A stretch of 64,000 nt of DNA, from NCBI GenBank assembly GCA_028534125.1, contig CM052832.1, positions 18,416,001-18,480,000 on the forward strand. The letters run 5' to 3'. Origin of the DNA: Lama glama. Its lineage: Eukaryota. Under the pieces are notes generated by a model. That model made no database searches and was not told the origin of the DNA. It saw nothing but the letters and a program-made list of their open reading frames with translations. Made by a program: the position numbers and the translations under genes. The number at the start of each line of letters is the position of its first letter. Position 1 is the stretch's first letter. Below are positions 24,973 through 38,889 of this stretch, piece after piece.

Positions 24973-25472
24973 NNNNNNNNNNNNNNNNNNNNNNNNNNNN
25001 NNNNNNNNNNNNNNNNNNNNNNNNNNNNNNNNNNNNNNNNNNNNNNNNNNNNNNNNNNNNNNNNNNNNNNNNNNNNNNNNNNNNNNNNNNNNNNNNNNNN
25101 NNNNNNNNNNNNNNNNNNNNNNNNNNNNNNNNNNNNNNNNNNNNNNNNNNNNNNNNNNNNNNNNNNNNNNNNNNNNNNNNNNNNNNNNNNNNNNNNNNNN
25201 NNNNNNNNNNNNNNNNNNNNNNNNNNNNNNNNNNNNNNNNNNNNNNNNNNNNNNNNNNNNNNNNNNNNNNNNNNNNNNNNNNNNNNNNNNNNNNNNNNNN
25301 NNNNNNNNNNNNNNNNNNNNNNNNNNNNNNNNNNNNNNNNNNNNNNNNNNNNNNNNNNNNNNNNNNNNNNNNNNNNNNNNNNNNNNNNNNNNNNNNNNNN
25401 NNNNNNNNNNNNNNNNNNNNNNNNNNNNNNNNNNNNNNNNNNNNNNNNNNNNNNNNNNNNNNNNNNNNNNNN
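24973..25472. other. Assembly gap (about 500 N)
   Basis: Run of N. Confidence 0.99.
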
Positions 25473-28326
25473 GCTGCCCACTTATCGATAAATCTAAATC
25501 ATTATTCTACCTCTCTGTGCTTCCATTTGGTTATTTAAAAGCAAAGAGGATGGATTAAAGTAGTGTTTTTCATGGCCTGTTAGGAACATAATAGACGCAT
25601 TAGAGAGTGCCACATTGTAAGGATAAATACGGCTTTCCGGAATGTAGGCTTCAGGCACTTAAGTTGTTAAGCATATGTCTGTATGTTCTGAGTTATAAAG
25701 AAGAAAGCATATCTTATTGGAGTTACAGTCAAAGAAGTCTGAATAACACTTAAGATGCTCTCTTATGGTCTTACAATTCTAAGAGTCTGTTTTGATATTC
25801 TGACCACAGAATTGTATCAGCTCTAATGTCCAGGTAAGAAAGAAGAAAAACCTGAAATCAGTCTCACTGATTATCTCAGAGATCTTTTAAGACAAGTAGA
25901 TAACAGTGGTGACATAGAAATTATGTCCTTTACTAATACTTCGTTTGATTGTCCCTGTTTATGGGGCTTTTTGAAAGAAAGGGATAGAGAAAAGCACAGG
26001 AGGTTATATGACTTCCAGGATTGATTGAATGAAGCTCACTGGGGCCTCCTTAAGAAGGTATAAATCACAAATAATGGGTTTTGCTATGATCTTGATGCTA
26101 CAAGTTTTATTGTGTCCTATGTGGCCAAAGTGAAAAAGGGGAATATTGGGGGAGGCAGGGGAACTTGTTTCTTTTTTCTTTACATCATAACATATTTTTC
26201 AGATCTTCAATAGTATGTCCATGTAGAACAATAAAACTATTCTGCATATAAAAACAGAACTGGATTAAAACAAAAGTATTAACTCCTAGATAGTAAAATG
26301 GTGGCCTTACAACTACCCATAGTGTTCCATTGTATGATGCTCCTTTGTTTATTTCACCAGTCACCTATTGCTGGATTTTTAAAAATTTAATTAACAAAAA
26401 TGATAGTCACTTTCAAGTATGTCTCAAAATTGGTTCACAAAAGTAGGATTTATATTTCAAAGGGTAAAAAGTTACAATGCAAATAACAGGTTGTGGTAAA
26501 ATGGTAATAATGGAATCTTAAAAACAAATGTTTGGAGGTATCCAGACAAAAATACTTCTGAGATCTCAACTACCGTTGGTCATATCCTCATTTTATTTTT
26601 TAGTAAGTCTGATTCAAAGATCAAAACTATATGAAAAAATATGCACTGAGAGTCAAGTTCCACACCACTGTCCCTGTCCACACAGTTCCCCTTCCAGTAT
26701 TTATGCAAACAGAAATGAAAAGTATACTCTTCTTTCTCACCCTATCTGTACAATAATACAGACATACTCTCTCCCACTGCTTGCTTAGTAGTCTGTCCTG
26801 GAGCTGTGTCTTCAACAGGACACAGGCATCTTCCTCCTTTCTTTCCAGAGAAACATAATATTCATTGTGTAAATGAAGTGGTTTAAACCAGTTCCAAAAG
26901 CCCTGCATATTAGCAAGATTAGCCCTTTATGAGTTGTAAAATATTTTTTTTCGGATAGTCATTTGTCTTTTAACTTTGCTTATAATAAAATTGGCTCTGC
27001 AACCTTTTTATTTTTATTATTGAATTTACCAACATTTTCTTTCATGGCTTCTAGATTTTGAGTAATATTTGGAAAGGTCTGCCCAACTTCAAGAATCAAA
27101 GGAATTCACCTGTATTTTCTTTGAGTACTTCTGCATTTTTGTATTTCCTTTTACATTTGAACCTTTGATCTACTTGAAGTTCATTCTGGTAGATGGTGTT
27201 TTACAAATGTCTATCCAGTTGTCTCAACACTATTATAGTCCAACTTTACTCCCAGTGATTAGAAACGCTTTCTTCATTGGATACAAATTCCTATGTTATT
27301 TGTCTATTTCTGGACTTCCTCTTCTGTTGTATTGGTCTTTCTCTTTAAGCACTAATACCACATTGTTTTGAGGATTGATGATGCTTTATAATGTATAAAC
27401 AAGATCATCCACCTTTCTTGTTTTTAGTTTTCAGTTTCAGGGCAATTGTAGGACAATCCCAGCTTTTCAAAGAATGCTTAGAGCTGGAGAAGCCTTGGAC
27501 AGTGTGTAGGTTTTTTTGTGTCCCACCCCCCTTTCTCCAAAAAGAAAAGTTTAAGTCAATATCCCCACTGCTTTAGAATGTAACCTTATTTGGAAATAGG
27601 GTGGTTGTAAATGTAACTAAGTTAAAATGAGTTCATAGTGGAACAGAATGGGCCCCTAATCTGATGACTGATGTCCTTACAAGAAGGCTGTAATGATGTT
27701 TCTAGCAAAGAATGAAAGTACCTGTTTCCACACAGCATTACTCACAAAGATGTCAAACTTTGAGATTTTTGTCAAGTAGAAACTTGAGAAACAGTATTTC
27801 AAGGTAGTTTTTAATCTGCATTTCTCTTAGTATGAGCAAGATTTAAATCATGTTTCTTTTCTTTGTCTCTGAATTGTCTTTTGCCCATTTTTTAACAATT
27901 TTTCTTGGTGGGAGGGGTTTTCATCACTACAAAGGGGAATTTAGTAACAGCTAATAAAATGTCATATCCATTTAGCCTTTAAGCCAGAATTTTCACATCA
28001 AGGAACTGATTCTAAAGATACACTGGCAAAAATACTAACTGAAGTTTCATAGGTCCATTCACTGCAGTGCTTATTGTAACAGTAAAACACAGAAAAGGCA
28101 AATGTGAATGCAGAGAGATCTGGTTGAGAGCACTATAGTTCAGCCCAATGATGGACGACTCTGCAGTTATATAAGGCCAGGAGGAAAGTAACTACTATAT
28201 GTTGGAAGAAGTGCTTTTTAATTATGTAAAAAGATGCATAGTTCCAAAGTAAAAACTAAAGCAAGGCATGTTCATAAGTCAAGTTTACATTCCTATCCCC
28301 TCCTCCCTGCTTTCTGTCTCTATAGC

Positions 28327-28525
28327 AGTGGTTCTCAACCAGGGGGGCATCTGGCAATGTCTAGAGGAGTTCTGAGTTATCACAGTGGTGGTCAGGGCAG
28401 GGGTGGGAGAGAGGTTTGCTACTGTCATCTAGTAGGTAGAGGCCAAGGATGCTGCTAAACATCCTATAATGCACAGCAAAGAACTATCTGGTCCCAAATG
28501 CCAATAGTGCTGAGATTGAGAATCC
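28327..28525 (+). mobile_element. MER20 (hAT-Charlie)
   Basis: cagtggttctcaacc...tggcaatgtct...catctagtaggtagaggccaaggatgctgctaaacatccta...aatagtgctgagattgagaa. Confidence 0.85.
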
Positions 28526-28979
28526 TACTCTAGAAATGACCATTGTAATTATTTTTGTTGTTGTTGCTATTCTTTCCTTTTGAAAAAAACTTAAACTGTT
28601 TGTATTTTTAAAATATCTCCTCCCTCCCTTAAAAGGTAGCATATTCAACCATTCTCCTACACTGTTTTTTTTTTTTTTTTGGTTTGGTTATTGTTTTTTT
28701 ACATTGAACAAGAAGTTCCCTGTCTCCCCTCGCACTCGAATGAAAGCTGCTCCCACTTTGTTCTTGCTGCTGTTGGTGATTTGGCCCCCATCTACCCGAA
28801 TTCTGGGATTCAGGGGGATACTTGGCACCTAGTTTTGTTGAAGGTGTCCCTGGGTTTATTCTCTGCTCTTCTAATTGCTGTTTCTGAGATGCTAAACCTG
28901 TTCCCTGCCTCCTCTGCCTCTGTGCCTCTGACATCTCCATATTTCTTCTTGAAACTCCCTACTCCCCCATGCTACAGGA

Positions 28980-29250
28980 AGTTCTCCAGACAAGGCTATC
29001 AATGGTCTCCACATTGCAAAATACAGGGTCAGGTCACAGTCCTCATCTTCCTCATCCTTCCTGCAGGATTTGACACAACTGATCGCTGCTGCTTCCTTGA
29101 AACAGTTTCCTCACCTGGCTTCCAAGAATTCACTCTCCCTTCGCATTTGATCTTCATATTTCTTTGCTCCTCAGGTACCTTCTCTGCTCCCTGACCTCCA
29201 AACTTTGGAGTACCGCAGGGTTTGGTCCTTAATCTTCTTCTCTTCTGTAC
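28980..29250. mobile_element. L2 fragment
   Basis: cagtcctcatcttcctc...gcaggatttgacacaactgatc...ccttgaaacagtttcctcacctggcttccaa is typical L2 ORF2 text. Confidence 0.7.
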
Positions 29251-30039
29251 TATGGAGGTATACAACCTAAACGTTCATCAACAGAGGAACATAGGAACAC
29301 ATTATGATTTATTCTTTCAATGCGATGGATTCAACCGCATGTACCTACATAGATAAACAAAATCAATACCATGGCGGGGTGGGGGGGGGGGGAAGCAGGT
29401 GACAAAAGTTTAGATACAAAAGGCCACAGCAGCAAGACAGCACTTGATACTGCTTTGTCTGTCCTGTACAATTCATTGGAATGATGTCACATGCATCTAA
29501 TCTTTGTTAAAGTACTTTTGAATATTTTAGTAAAAACAGGTTTTGGGAGAATACAACCCATCTTTAGTAGCATGGCTACCCCTAAGGGGTAAAGGTTCTT
29601 CCTTCAGTTTGTCACCTTTTATCTCTCTAAACGCAATCTGAAGCAATAAGTCAAACGTTAACTTTTAAAAATCTGGGGGTTGGATATGCAGGTTTCCATT
29701 ACATTATGTTTTGTACTTTTCCACTTGAAGTCTTTCACAGGAAAGCCCAGTTACTGCAGAGCACCCCTCGGAGGAATTGCTCGTTCAAGGACTTTCTGCA
29801 CCAGCCTTGCACCCGTCCTCCTGCCACCCCAACATGGGAGTCTCTTGACTCAACTCGCCTGTGCTCTCTCCCACAGACCTGGGGTCTCCATCTTCATCAC
29901 CTTAAGATTCCACCACTCGCCCTTAGTGGGAAATGAGAAAAGGATCAGCAGAGACGTACCAACCGTTTCTCCAAGGTGCCCATTCCAGCCTCAGACAGTC
30001 GCTTTGGCCAGGGAGGGGGACTGACCTATCAGGGGAAAG

Positions 30040-30400
30040 GATACTGGGTCCGCACAAGGAGAGCTGGCCAATCAGAGATGCCAAAGAACAAGCTGCGCGT
30101 GGGGGTGTGCTCGGGGCCTCTAGAGACAGTAGGGGGCGGTGGTGCCGGGGGCGGGGCCAGCTTTGCGGGCGGGGCTCCTGCGGTGTTGGGGGTCACGACC
30201 TTCTGAGTCGCGTCGGTTACGCTGCTGACGCTGGAATCTGGCCTCGCGAGGTCCCCGGCCTTTGGGCTGTTGTGGAGTCCGGACTGTGGTTGGGACCCGG
30301 GCAGTTTCCCCATCCTCTTCTCTGCCTTTGCGTCCTTGCTGCTGTCTGCGCGCGCGTCTCACGACCAACCAAATTTCGGGTGTAAGATTCACAGATGAGG
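30040..30400. promoter_or_regulatory. Orphan CpG-rich promoter-like element
   Basis: GCCAATCAG (CCAAT 30068-30072), three GGGCGG boxes 30132-30174, CCTCGCGAGG palindrome near 30242, dense CpG, candidate donor GTAAGA at 30382; no recognisable ORF. Confidence 0.7.
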
Positions 30401-32189
30401 GGAGATGGGTCGTTCTTAGCGGACAAACAAAACACGGAAAACATCTTTTTAAGAAATAAGCTCATGGCCGTGTCCTTTCAGAACTCTATCCTGTTTCTTG
30501 AAATATGTCACTGACAATGGCAGGGAAAGGGTATATAACTTAAATACCCCCTCATCCTCCTAGAGCAGATTCCCCCCCCCCCCTCCGTTCGCAGATCGCG
30601 CTGAAGTCTGGACTCCACCCTCCCGTTGCGGGTCCCAGTGATGTGCAAAGGAGATCGCTGCCGGGCATCCCCAAGGGTCCTGCCGCCCTCCCTGCTCTAG
30701 CTGCCAGCCGCAGGTGGCCCAAGGCGAGAGACTCTAGTTGGGGTGGGATGTTGAATGCCCCCAGGATCCACACCAGGAGAGAAGTGAGCAGGAGAGTAGA
30801 AGCTCCGTGGGGGGAGAGGGGACGTCGCTGAAGTCATCTCGTGACTCATCTGGGGTGCGCTGATGGACCTGCTTAAGGCCAAAGAAGTGACACCTGGCAA
30901 CACCCCCAGAGAAGACTCTTCAGTGTCACCTACAGAATCGCAGAACGTCAGTCCTCTGCCCACGCTCCCCTCCCTCACATCCACATCCCTTTTTAATTTG
31001 TCGGGAGCAGGCTTCAGTAAGTTATTTAAAGGTTTTCTAGGTACCAGTGTGCCTCAAGGATTGAGAACCACTGATCAGGGCTGAGTCCTACAGAGTAGTG
31101 AAGTTTTTTTTGGTCAGTCTCTAAAACTGAGTTAATATGTTTCTGGGATCGTGGAAGGTCCAGTGAAAAAAATTGAATTAGCCAGGATTCCACAAAGATT
31201 AAGTGATGGTGGCCCAGAATTTCTTTTTAGCAGGTCGTAAGTATGAAAGTGCTTTGCAATCATTGTATAAATTAACGCCTGTTTATTGTGTTATATACTG
31301 CGTGCTTTGTGCCTGAGCACTTTTCACTACAACCTGGGATTATTGCCCCAATATTACACCTGAGGAAACAGAGGCCCAGTGGGGTGGTGTTACTTGTCCA
31401 CTTGTAAGTAAAATCAGAAATTGGACCTAGATCTGGCTGGACCATAGAAAGGTGGAAATTTTTAGTTGTAAACCTTACCTAATATCTTTAATGGATTCAG
31501 AGTGTCTAACGAACTAGGTCTTGGAGAAAAGAGGCACAGGGGAATGGATGGCTGGGATATAAGACGTGGAAAGGAGAAGGAGCTCTGAAGACTGGAAGCC
31601 CTGCCTGTGGACTGGAGTGATGAGGAGACACCCAATTCCTAGAATATGACAGATTAGATCAGTTTTACTTGCCCAGAGAAATTCAAGATAAGTTCAAGTA
31701 GTTCAGCATAGTCTGTCAGTCACATGCTCATTAACATGCTAATCAAACACCTTCTTCTTGACCAATCATGTTGTCTTCCTTATTCCTGGTAAAGATGGGA
31801 CTTTTTTGGGGTGGGGGAGAGCGAGGGGTGAAGAGCCTGTATGCTGAACTTTCTGCATTTCTAATTCCAACTGTCAGACTCCATTTCAGGCTGCTGATGT
31901 GTGTGGACCTGAGGGGCAAGGCTGAGAGAGAGAGAAGCATGTGAGGAAAAGGTGAATGCCAGGCACTGAGGCTGTTTGTATTGGCAAAGAGAGTGGAGTT
32001 ACTTATGGCGTTGAGAGCTCTAATAGACCTTGTCTCTGGGGAGAAACTGGTACTGAATCTGCAGAGGGCTAGGGACGCAGAATGTCTCTGCATCTCCGTC
32101 CCTCCTTAATTTAGATGCAGGGAACTTAAGCAGCAAGTTTCTTAGAACCTATTTCACAAGTTGTCCTAAAATCAACTCATCCCATTTCT

Positions 32190-32640
32190 GCTTGTACCCT
32201 CTTTTGTAATGTGACTTTATCTCCTCCCATCAAGAGGTGAAGTTTATTTCTCTACTCCTTGAATCTGGGCTTGGCCAGGTGATTTAACAAATGTGACCGG
32301 AGCAGATGCTTGAAAAGAGCCTGGCAAACTGCAAGTTATCCCCCTCTTGGTTCTCCCACAACCCTGAAATGCCCACGTTGTGAAAGAGGCTGAGCTTGTC
32401 TGCTGGAGGACAAGGCACCCCAGGCAACAGCCTGCCAACTGTCAGGCTTGTCAGTGAGGCTGTCCCATATCACCCAGCACCAACCAACTCTCCAGTAGAT
32501 AGAGACAGATAAGGAGGCACAGCAGAGTTCAGCCCTGACTACGAGAACCACCAGCTGACCTATGGAACTGTAAGCGAGTAAATGGTAGCAGCTTTAAGCA
32601 ACTAAGTTTTGGGGTGCTTTGCTACTCACCAAAACCTACA
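32190..32640 (+). mobile_element. MaLR LTR (MLT1F/G-like)
   Basis: gtaatgtgactttatctcctcccatcaagaggtgaagtttatttctctactccttgaatctgggc...tttaagcaactaagttttggggtg. Confidence 0.75.
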
Positions 32641-35600
32641 CGTGCTTGGTGAACAGCCATGAATTAGTCTTCTAGGATAGTGACAGCTCTGCCTGTCCTT
32701 CAGGGGAAGCAACCCTTGCTTCTGCAGCAAAATCCCAGGTGCACCCAACTCCTTGTCCTCTCCCCTCCCTCCTCCTTTTTTCTAAATCATTTTTATATCC
32801 CTCCCTTTCCTACATAAGGAAACAGAAGTGGGGATTAATGAAGTGGTCTAGGCTCTAGTGATGTTTTCACCTGCAAAGCTTAGCATCCTCCATTCCTATC
32901 TCAGTCTCCCCTCTGACTCCCCAGCCCACAATTTTCCACATTATCCAAGTCCCCCTGAGGTTCCCAGCTCCTGGAAGGGTTGACTGATGGCAGTGAGAGT
33001 TATGGAAACAGAAAAGGTAGGCAGAGGAAGTGGAGGAAAGGGGAGGAGAGAGAGAATATGCCAATAATATTTTAAATAAATGTTCACATGCTGTGACTCA
33101 GGAATTTTCTTTCAAAAACCCACCCTGAGGAAAATAAGAGAAATTAAGACCTACTTGTGTACCATAATGTTCATTTGGACATGAGTTATAACTGCAGGAA
33201 ACAACCTGAATGTACGTGTGATTATGAAATTGCTGTAGTCATTTAAAACTACATATTAACATAGCTTTTAATGCCATGGGGGGAACCTCACACTGAAAAA
33301 AGCAAGATCAAACATATACATGGGGAAGATTTACCATCACAGTAAATATTCTTTTGAACTGAGAGTATAATTTAGTATATTTTCAGTATTCCCCAATAGA
33401 TATCTATTAGTTTAATCATTAGTACCTTAGCTATTTCCATATTTACATATAGAAAGAGGACAAGAGAGGGGGAGGTGGTAGTGGTTGCTGTCTCTGAAAA
33501 GTTGAGACCTGCATGTGGGTGATGGTGGTTACTAGGATGTGACCCTCCGAATGCAGGGTGCTGGAACAGGGAGGCCGTGACAGGGAAGGTGGAAGAGGCA
33601 GTGACAAGTGCATTTCTGCCCTGGTTCCCACTATGAGCACTTGCTTCCATGTCACTGCATGTCCTCTGAGGCACTGTGTAGACGGGGTCTCAGAGTTGTT
33701 CCTCTAAAGCTCATTTGGTTGGAGACTTTATCCATCCACACCAATCCTTCTTTGGTTGAAGTTTCCCTCCTGGGATGTTAATGTGATCAGAATGAGCTCA
33801 CCCAGCTTCAGAAAAATCAGACATGAAAAAGACAATTCTGACCCTAGACACAGTATGCCCCAAGGTTCTTGGGCCAAAATGACCTTGGCATTGTCTCAGA
33901 CCAAAGAGAAGGCCACTGTATATGGAAGGTGAGAAGCACAGATTATTCATCTAGCCCAGCAAGATCTGGGGCCAGAATCTGCCTTCTAGACCATGGTGGA
34001 CTTTACCTGAGAACAAACTCCTTCTGTGTCAGTTGCTCTGTCTGTTTCCCCGCCTCCCTCAATTGCCAACCTGTCTCTCATTTCTGCTCTGCCCTGTGTC
34101 TCTGGTCCTCTGTCACAGCAACACATACACTACACATACCTGACACATCATGCAAATAATAAGGGAGGGGGATGTTAAAAAGGTATGAGGAAGGGACGCC
34201 AGGGGGCCCATCTTCTTTTGTTCTCTGGCTAAATAAGTGCCACATGCTGCCCGGAGACTCTGCCCGCTGTCAGAGGGTTTTCCAGACTGGTTATGTGAGA
34301 CACTGGGCTGGGTGGGTGTGGGAGACCGTGCCACACACTCCGTGTAGCTCTCTGATAAATCTTGCTCAGAATTTTAACAAAGTAGAGCTAAGCTGCCCAA
34401 GTTCATGTACTGCCTCATCAAGGTGGACAAGGAGAAGCTCAAGAGACCACAGTATACACCCAATCGTATAACTATTAATAGAAAACACTAATAACTAATA
34501 AATTTAAATTTGTTTCTCTGAACATAGGAGCCCTATAGGGCATTCTGCATCATCAGGTTTTTGATGGGGTTTTTAGGGGGTTTTTTTGTTTCTAATTTTT
34601 TTTTATTGTGGTATAGTTGATACATAACATATTAGTTTCAGGTGTAAAACATAATGATTTGATATTTGTATATATTGCAAAATGATCACCACGATAAATC
34701 TAGTTGACATTTGTCACCATACATGATTAATTTTTTTCTTGTAATGAGGACTTTTAAGATCTTTCTTAGCAACTTTCAAATGAGCAATATAGTATTATTA
34801 ACTATAGTCACCATGCTGTGCAGTTTCTACTTTTTGAAATGGGTAACCTTGTGATGCTACATGTTTACTATTTCCTATGAATTTCTAAGGATTATGTAAA
34901 CGTTCTGCATCATCAGATATTTCAACATACTTAAGGGTTTATTTTAATTTGTTGGAATCTAATTCTTTGAAAGTTGATAGTCTAATTTAGATCATAATGT
35001 ACGGTCTCCCACATAGAACGGCAACTCTAGTTTCCTCCAGCAAAGAAACAAAGACTGTAAGAACAAGAAACTGATTGGAAAGGTACACCAGGCAACTCAC
35101 AAAAGGAATCCCTGACCGGCCAGTCTTTATGGTGTGCAGGACCAGGACTGCACTGGCGATCACGTGGAAGGTCCACTTTGGGATGGCATTTCCCTTCATA
35201 TGTTATCTCCTTCCAGATACCAAACCTTGAGAGTGACTCTGGTTTATCCAGTGCAAACCAGGAAGAGGGTTCTTACCAGGAGCCAAATCAGCCAGCTCCT
35301 TGACCTTGGACTTCCCAACCCCCAGAACTGTGAGAAATACATTTCTGTTGTTCAAGTCACCCAGTTTATAGTATTCAGTTATAGCAGCCCAAGCTGACCA
35401 AGACAGTCATCAATTAGAATAGATTAAATTTTCTTTAGTGGCTGTGTGTGGTGGGGAGTTGGGTCGGGACAGTTACCTTTGTTAAGGTTTTATATCAATG
35501 AGTTTGTAGGCTTTTCCCTTTTATCCATTTACTAGAACAGTTTAAATAATATCTGAGTGTGGAGGTGACTGTTGGGCATCCATCCCAAGGTCTATTCTTA

Positions 35601-35904
35601 AGACACTGATATGAGAATAAATGATTTTTAGCTGGCTACCATGAGAAAAGAAGACATTTCTCAGACTCTCTAGGTGTGGCTTTGGACTAAGTTCTGGCTA
35701 ATGTGATGCATGCAGAAGGTTGTGTGGTAGGTTTTCAGAAGCTACAGTGAAGTACAGCTCTTGTATTCATGCCCTTTGCTCTACTTCTCTGTCTCTTTCT
35801 CCCTCTTACAGCTTGGAATGCAGGTGGGACAGCTGGATCCTAGGGATGGTAGGTGGGTTGCTGAAAGGTCTGGCAATTTTGTGAAGTTACTATACCAGCC
35901 CTGG

Positions 35905-36735
35905 ACTTTCTGGATTTCCTGCACTTCCAGGATCCTCTGTCCCTGGTTTGTAGCACAGAGCTCCTAAATCCCTTGGAACTTCCTGGGTAATAGGAATATC
36001 TCTTGTTTTTGTGAGGTGACTCTTGGTGAACTCCTGGATAGCTTCAGGATGGGGGCTGATCACCAGAAGGACCAAGCCAGATTAGAAGCTTGGGACTTTC
36101 ATCCCCACTCCCCATCCTTCAGGAAAGGAGGAGGAGCTGGAGATTAAATTAATGGTTGATCATGCCCATATAATAAAACTTCCATAAAAATCCCCAAGGT
36201 ATAGGGTTTGAAGAGCTTCAGAGTTGGGGAACACATCCACGTGCTGGGAGAGTGGTGTACCGCAACTTCACAGGAACAGAAGTTCCCAAGCTAGGGACCT
36301 CTCTGTACCTTATCTTATGTATCTTTTCATTTGGTTGTTTATTTGGATCCTTCATCATATCTTTCATTATATAATAGACCAGTAAACAAAGTGTTTCTTA
36401 GAATTCTGTGAGCTATTCTAACAAATGATCAAACCCAAAGAGGAGATCACAGAAACCTTCAGTTTACAGTCAGTCAGTCAGAAGCACAGGTGACAATCTG
36501 GACTTACAACTGGCTTCTGAGATGGGGGTGAGAGGATGGGGATAGTCTTGTGGGTGTGAGTCCCTTAACCTGTAGGTCTACTCTAACTCCAATGTCAGAA
36601 TTAATGTCAGAATTGAATTGAATTATAAGACTCTCAGCTTGGCATGAGGGGAAAACCCTATATATCTGTTGTCAGAAGTAAAGTGAAATATTGTGAGTAT
36701 GGTAGTAGTGAGAGAGTAAAGGAGAAACAGGAAAT
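35905..36735. mobile_element. ERV LTR (MER21-like)
   Basis: gcacagagctcctaaatcccttggaacttcctgggt...ggatgggggctgatcaccagaaggaccaagcc...gtcagaagcacaggtgacaatctggact. Confidence 0.7.
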
Positions 36736-36759
36736 GTTTCCCAGATACATACGCATCAT

Positions 36760-37210
36760 GCATACCATCATGCATACACATGTGAGTACTCAGAGATTAG
36801 GAACTCAAAGAGGTAGTTAGAACTTGGGCTGACATAGCATCTTACAAAAGAACAGTAGATTTTTGGAGAAGTGACAAGACAAAGGAAAATGACTTTTTAG
36901 GTGGCAGATTGTGGGAAGGCAAATATATGGGGGGAAGTAATGGTAAATAAGGGCTAGTTTTAGCAAGATCTTTTATGTGGCTTCTTCTAGGGCCATCTCT
37001 GTGCTGATAAGGGTCTAGAGTTGTCTCCACAATTAACTTCTATCTTTCTTGGTTTTCTACCAGGGGAAGGGAGATACCTTTACAAATTTATGTCCTACTT
37101 TTAGGCAAGCAGGAGGAGGGCAGAGAACTTTTCTCGTATCTATTTTTTCTCAGTTGCTTTCTTATGCTAAAGTGTTGTCTTTTGGGGGTGGTCTCTCCTG
37201 CTATCCTTCA
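36760..37210 (-). mobile_element. ERV1-class LTR (MER34-like)
   Basis: Ends tttgggggtggtctctcctgctatccttca; resembles the LTR family at 10760-12505. Confidence 0.55.
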
Positions 37211-38365
37211 CTTTCTAGTTACAACCCAGCCTCTATCAGCCTGACTGAAAGAAGGCTGATGCTGGGAAGCGTGGGTGAATGACCTCTTCTGTGTCTTCTG
37301 CTGAGTAGAGATGGAGGCCCAACCATGCCTCTGACATCCAAAAACAACTCGTTTACTTCATTTCCCCTATTCCTAGAGAGAGATGATGTCAGAGGACCTC
37401 AGTATCAATAAACAGCATTTTTTGTGTCAACTATAAGTTATTATAACATTTAGCAGTTTTGTGACATTTTGGGGTCATCGTGAATGTTGCTGTGTTTTGG
37501 TTGATTTCACCAATGTCCACCATAGCCAACTCAGTCATGATAATTTAGGTTTGACATGGAATGTATTTTTCAGAATAAACTCATGTGTAGTTAAGGTTTG
37601 TTTGATCATATCTGCAATATAATAAAGAATTCCAATAATCATGCTAACAATAACTATTTATTGAGATTTTAAAATATTTCAAGATAGCTCGCTCTAGCAG
37701 AATCTAGAAAATATCAACTTCTTTTCCAGGACTGAATCTCCCATGAAAATTCATTTTTACTCTGAATCTCCTTCCCATGTGAAACATCTCACTGTGAGCT
37801 AATTTTAAGTCTTCTCTCACACTTTCCTTGGTTATTGCCCAGGTGGAGCTCACCAGATCTGGTTGCCATCTGCACTTACTACATCATCCAGGGCTACACT
37901 CAGATTATTAATCAACATGTCAGTGGTTAGAAGAGTCACCATCATTTTCATTTTCCTGCTCTTTTCTGCAGTTGACAGACATAATTGCAGCTTCCCCTCA
38001 TTTCCCACCCATGAGTTTAAATGGCCTCAAACATACTGGGAGAACTCAGACCTCCTGACCTCTAGGTCACTCTCCTGATCACCCAAGCACTCTTGGAAAT
38101 CAAAGCTCTGAACTTATTGAAAAGGGACAGAGAGGACAGAGCATGATTATTGTTATTATCTTGCTTTCCCCCAAATCATGCTGACCATCTGTGCTATTTT
38201 TACAGTCACTGTAGCCATTCATCCAATGAGGGTTTATTAAGTATCCACTAAAAGCCCAGCACTGTTCAGGGAAATAGCAGTGAAGAAAATAGACCACATT
38301 TCTGCCCTTATGGGATTTATAGCCTCTATGCTAGTTAAATCAAGAAGGAGACTTGGCTCCTTCCC

Positions 38366-38889
38366 TTACTCATCTACGGGAGGCAGGAACAAAGGAGAAT
38401 ATTGATAGACCTGGAAAAAAGGCCGGAGAGTATCAGAGAAGGAAGCCTTCGGGAAGGTAAAGATGTGGGAGCCAGTAGTCATATTGTAAAAAGATATGAT
38501 TCCGGCCTCACAGTCCAGAAAAATCCCCACAACCAGAGGCTGCTCCCTTAGTGGAAGGAAAGTTAGGGGAGAGGTAAGCGCTATATAGCCTTTCTTTCTG
38601 CACAGTCTGATGGCCCAGAACCCATCCTGAGGTGTCAACACCATGCCAGTGTCCCTCTGCACATTTTCCATACAGACTCCTAAATCCCACCCAGTCCCTT
38701 CTCCCACATCCACTTCAAAATAATGTCTTCCTGAAGTGAAACTTTCACAGCCCAGGATACAGGGTAAGGCGCTAAATCTTCTAGAAGAAATAGCAAGATT
38801 CTCTTGGGGGCATCCCCGAGTCACTTGTCTCCGATCCTCAGACAGAATTAGCTCGTCATGAGCTGTATCTGGATCCAGAGTCACGCTGA
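38366..38889 (-). CDS. TRIM38: TRIM38 last coding exon (PRY-SPRY/B30.2 domain)
   Basis: tttctttcag acceptor; (V)[18 protein letters not shown]...[20 protein letters not shown]...[20 protein letters not shown]; 524 bp. Confidence 0.93.

Noticed and set aside
28629..29265. 100-170 aa ORFs
   Set aside because: Overlap L2 and low-complexity sequence; no coding signature.
29680..31084. Cluster of 65-150 aa ORFs around the CpG patch
   Set aside because: Overlapping in all frames, GC-driven, no protein family recognised.
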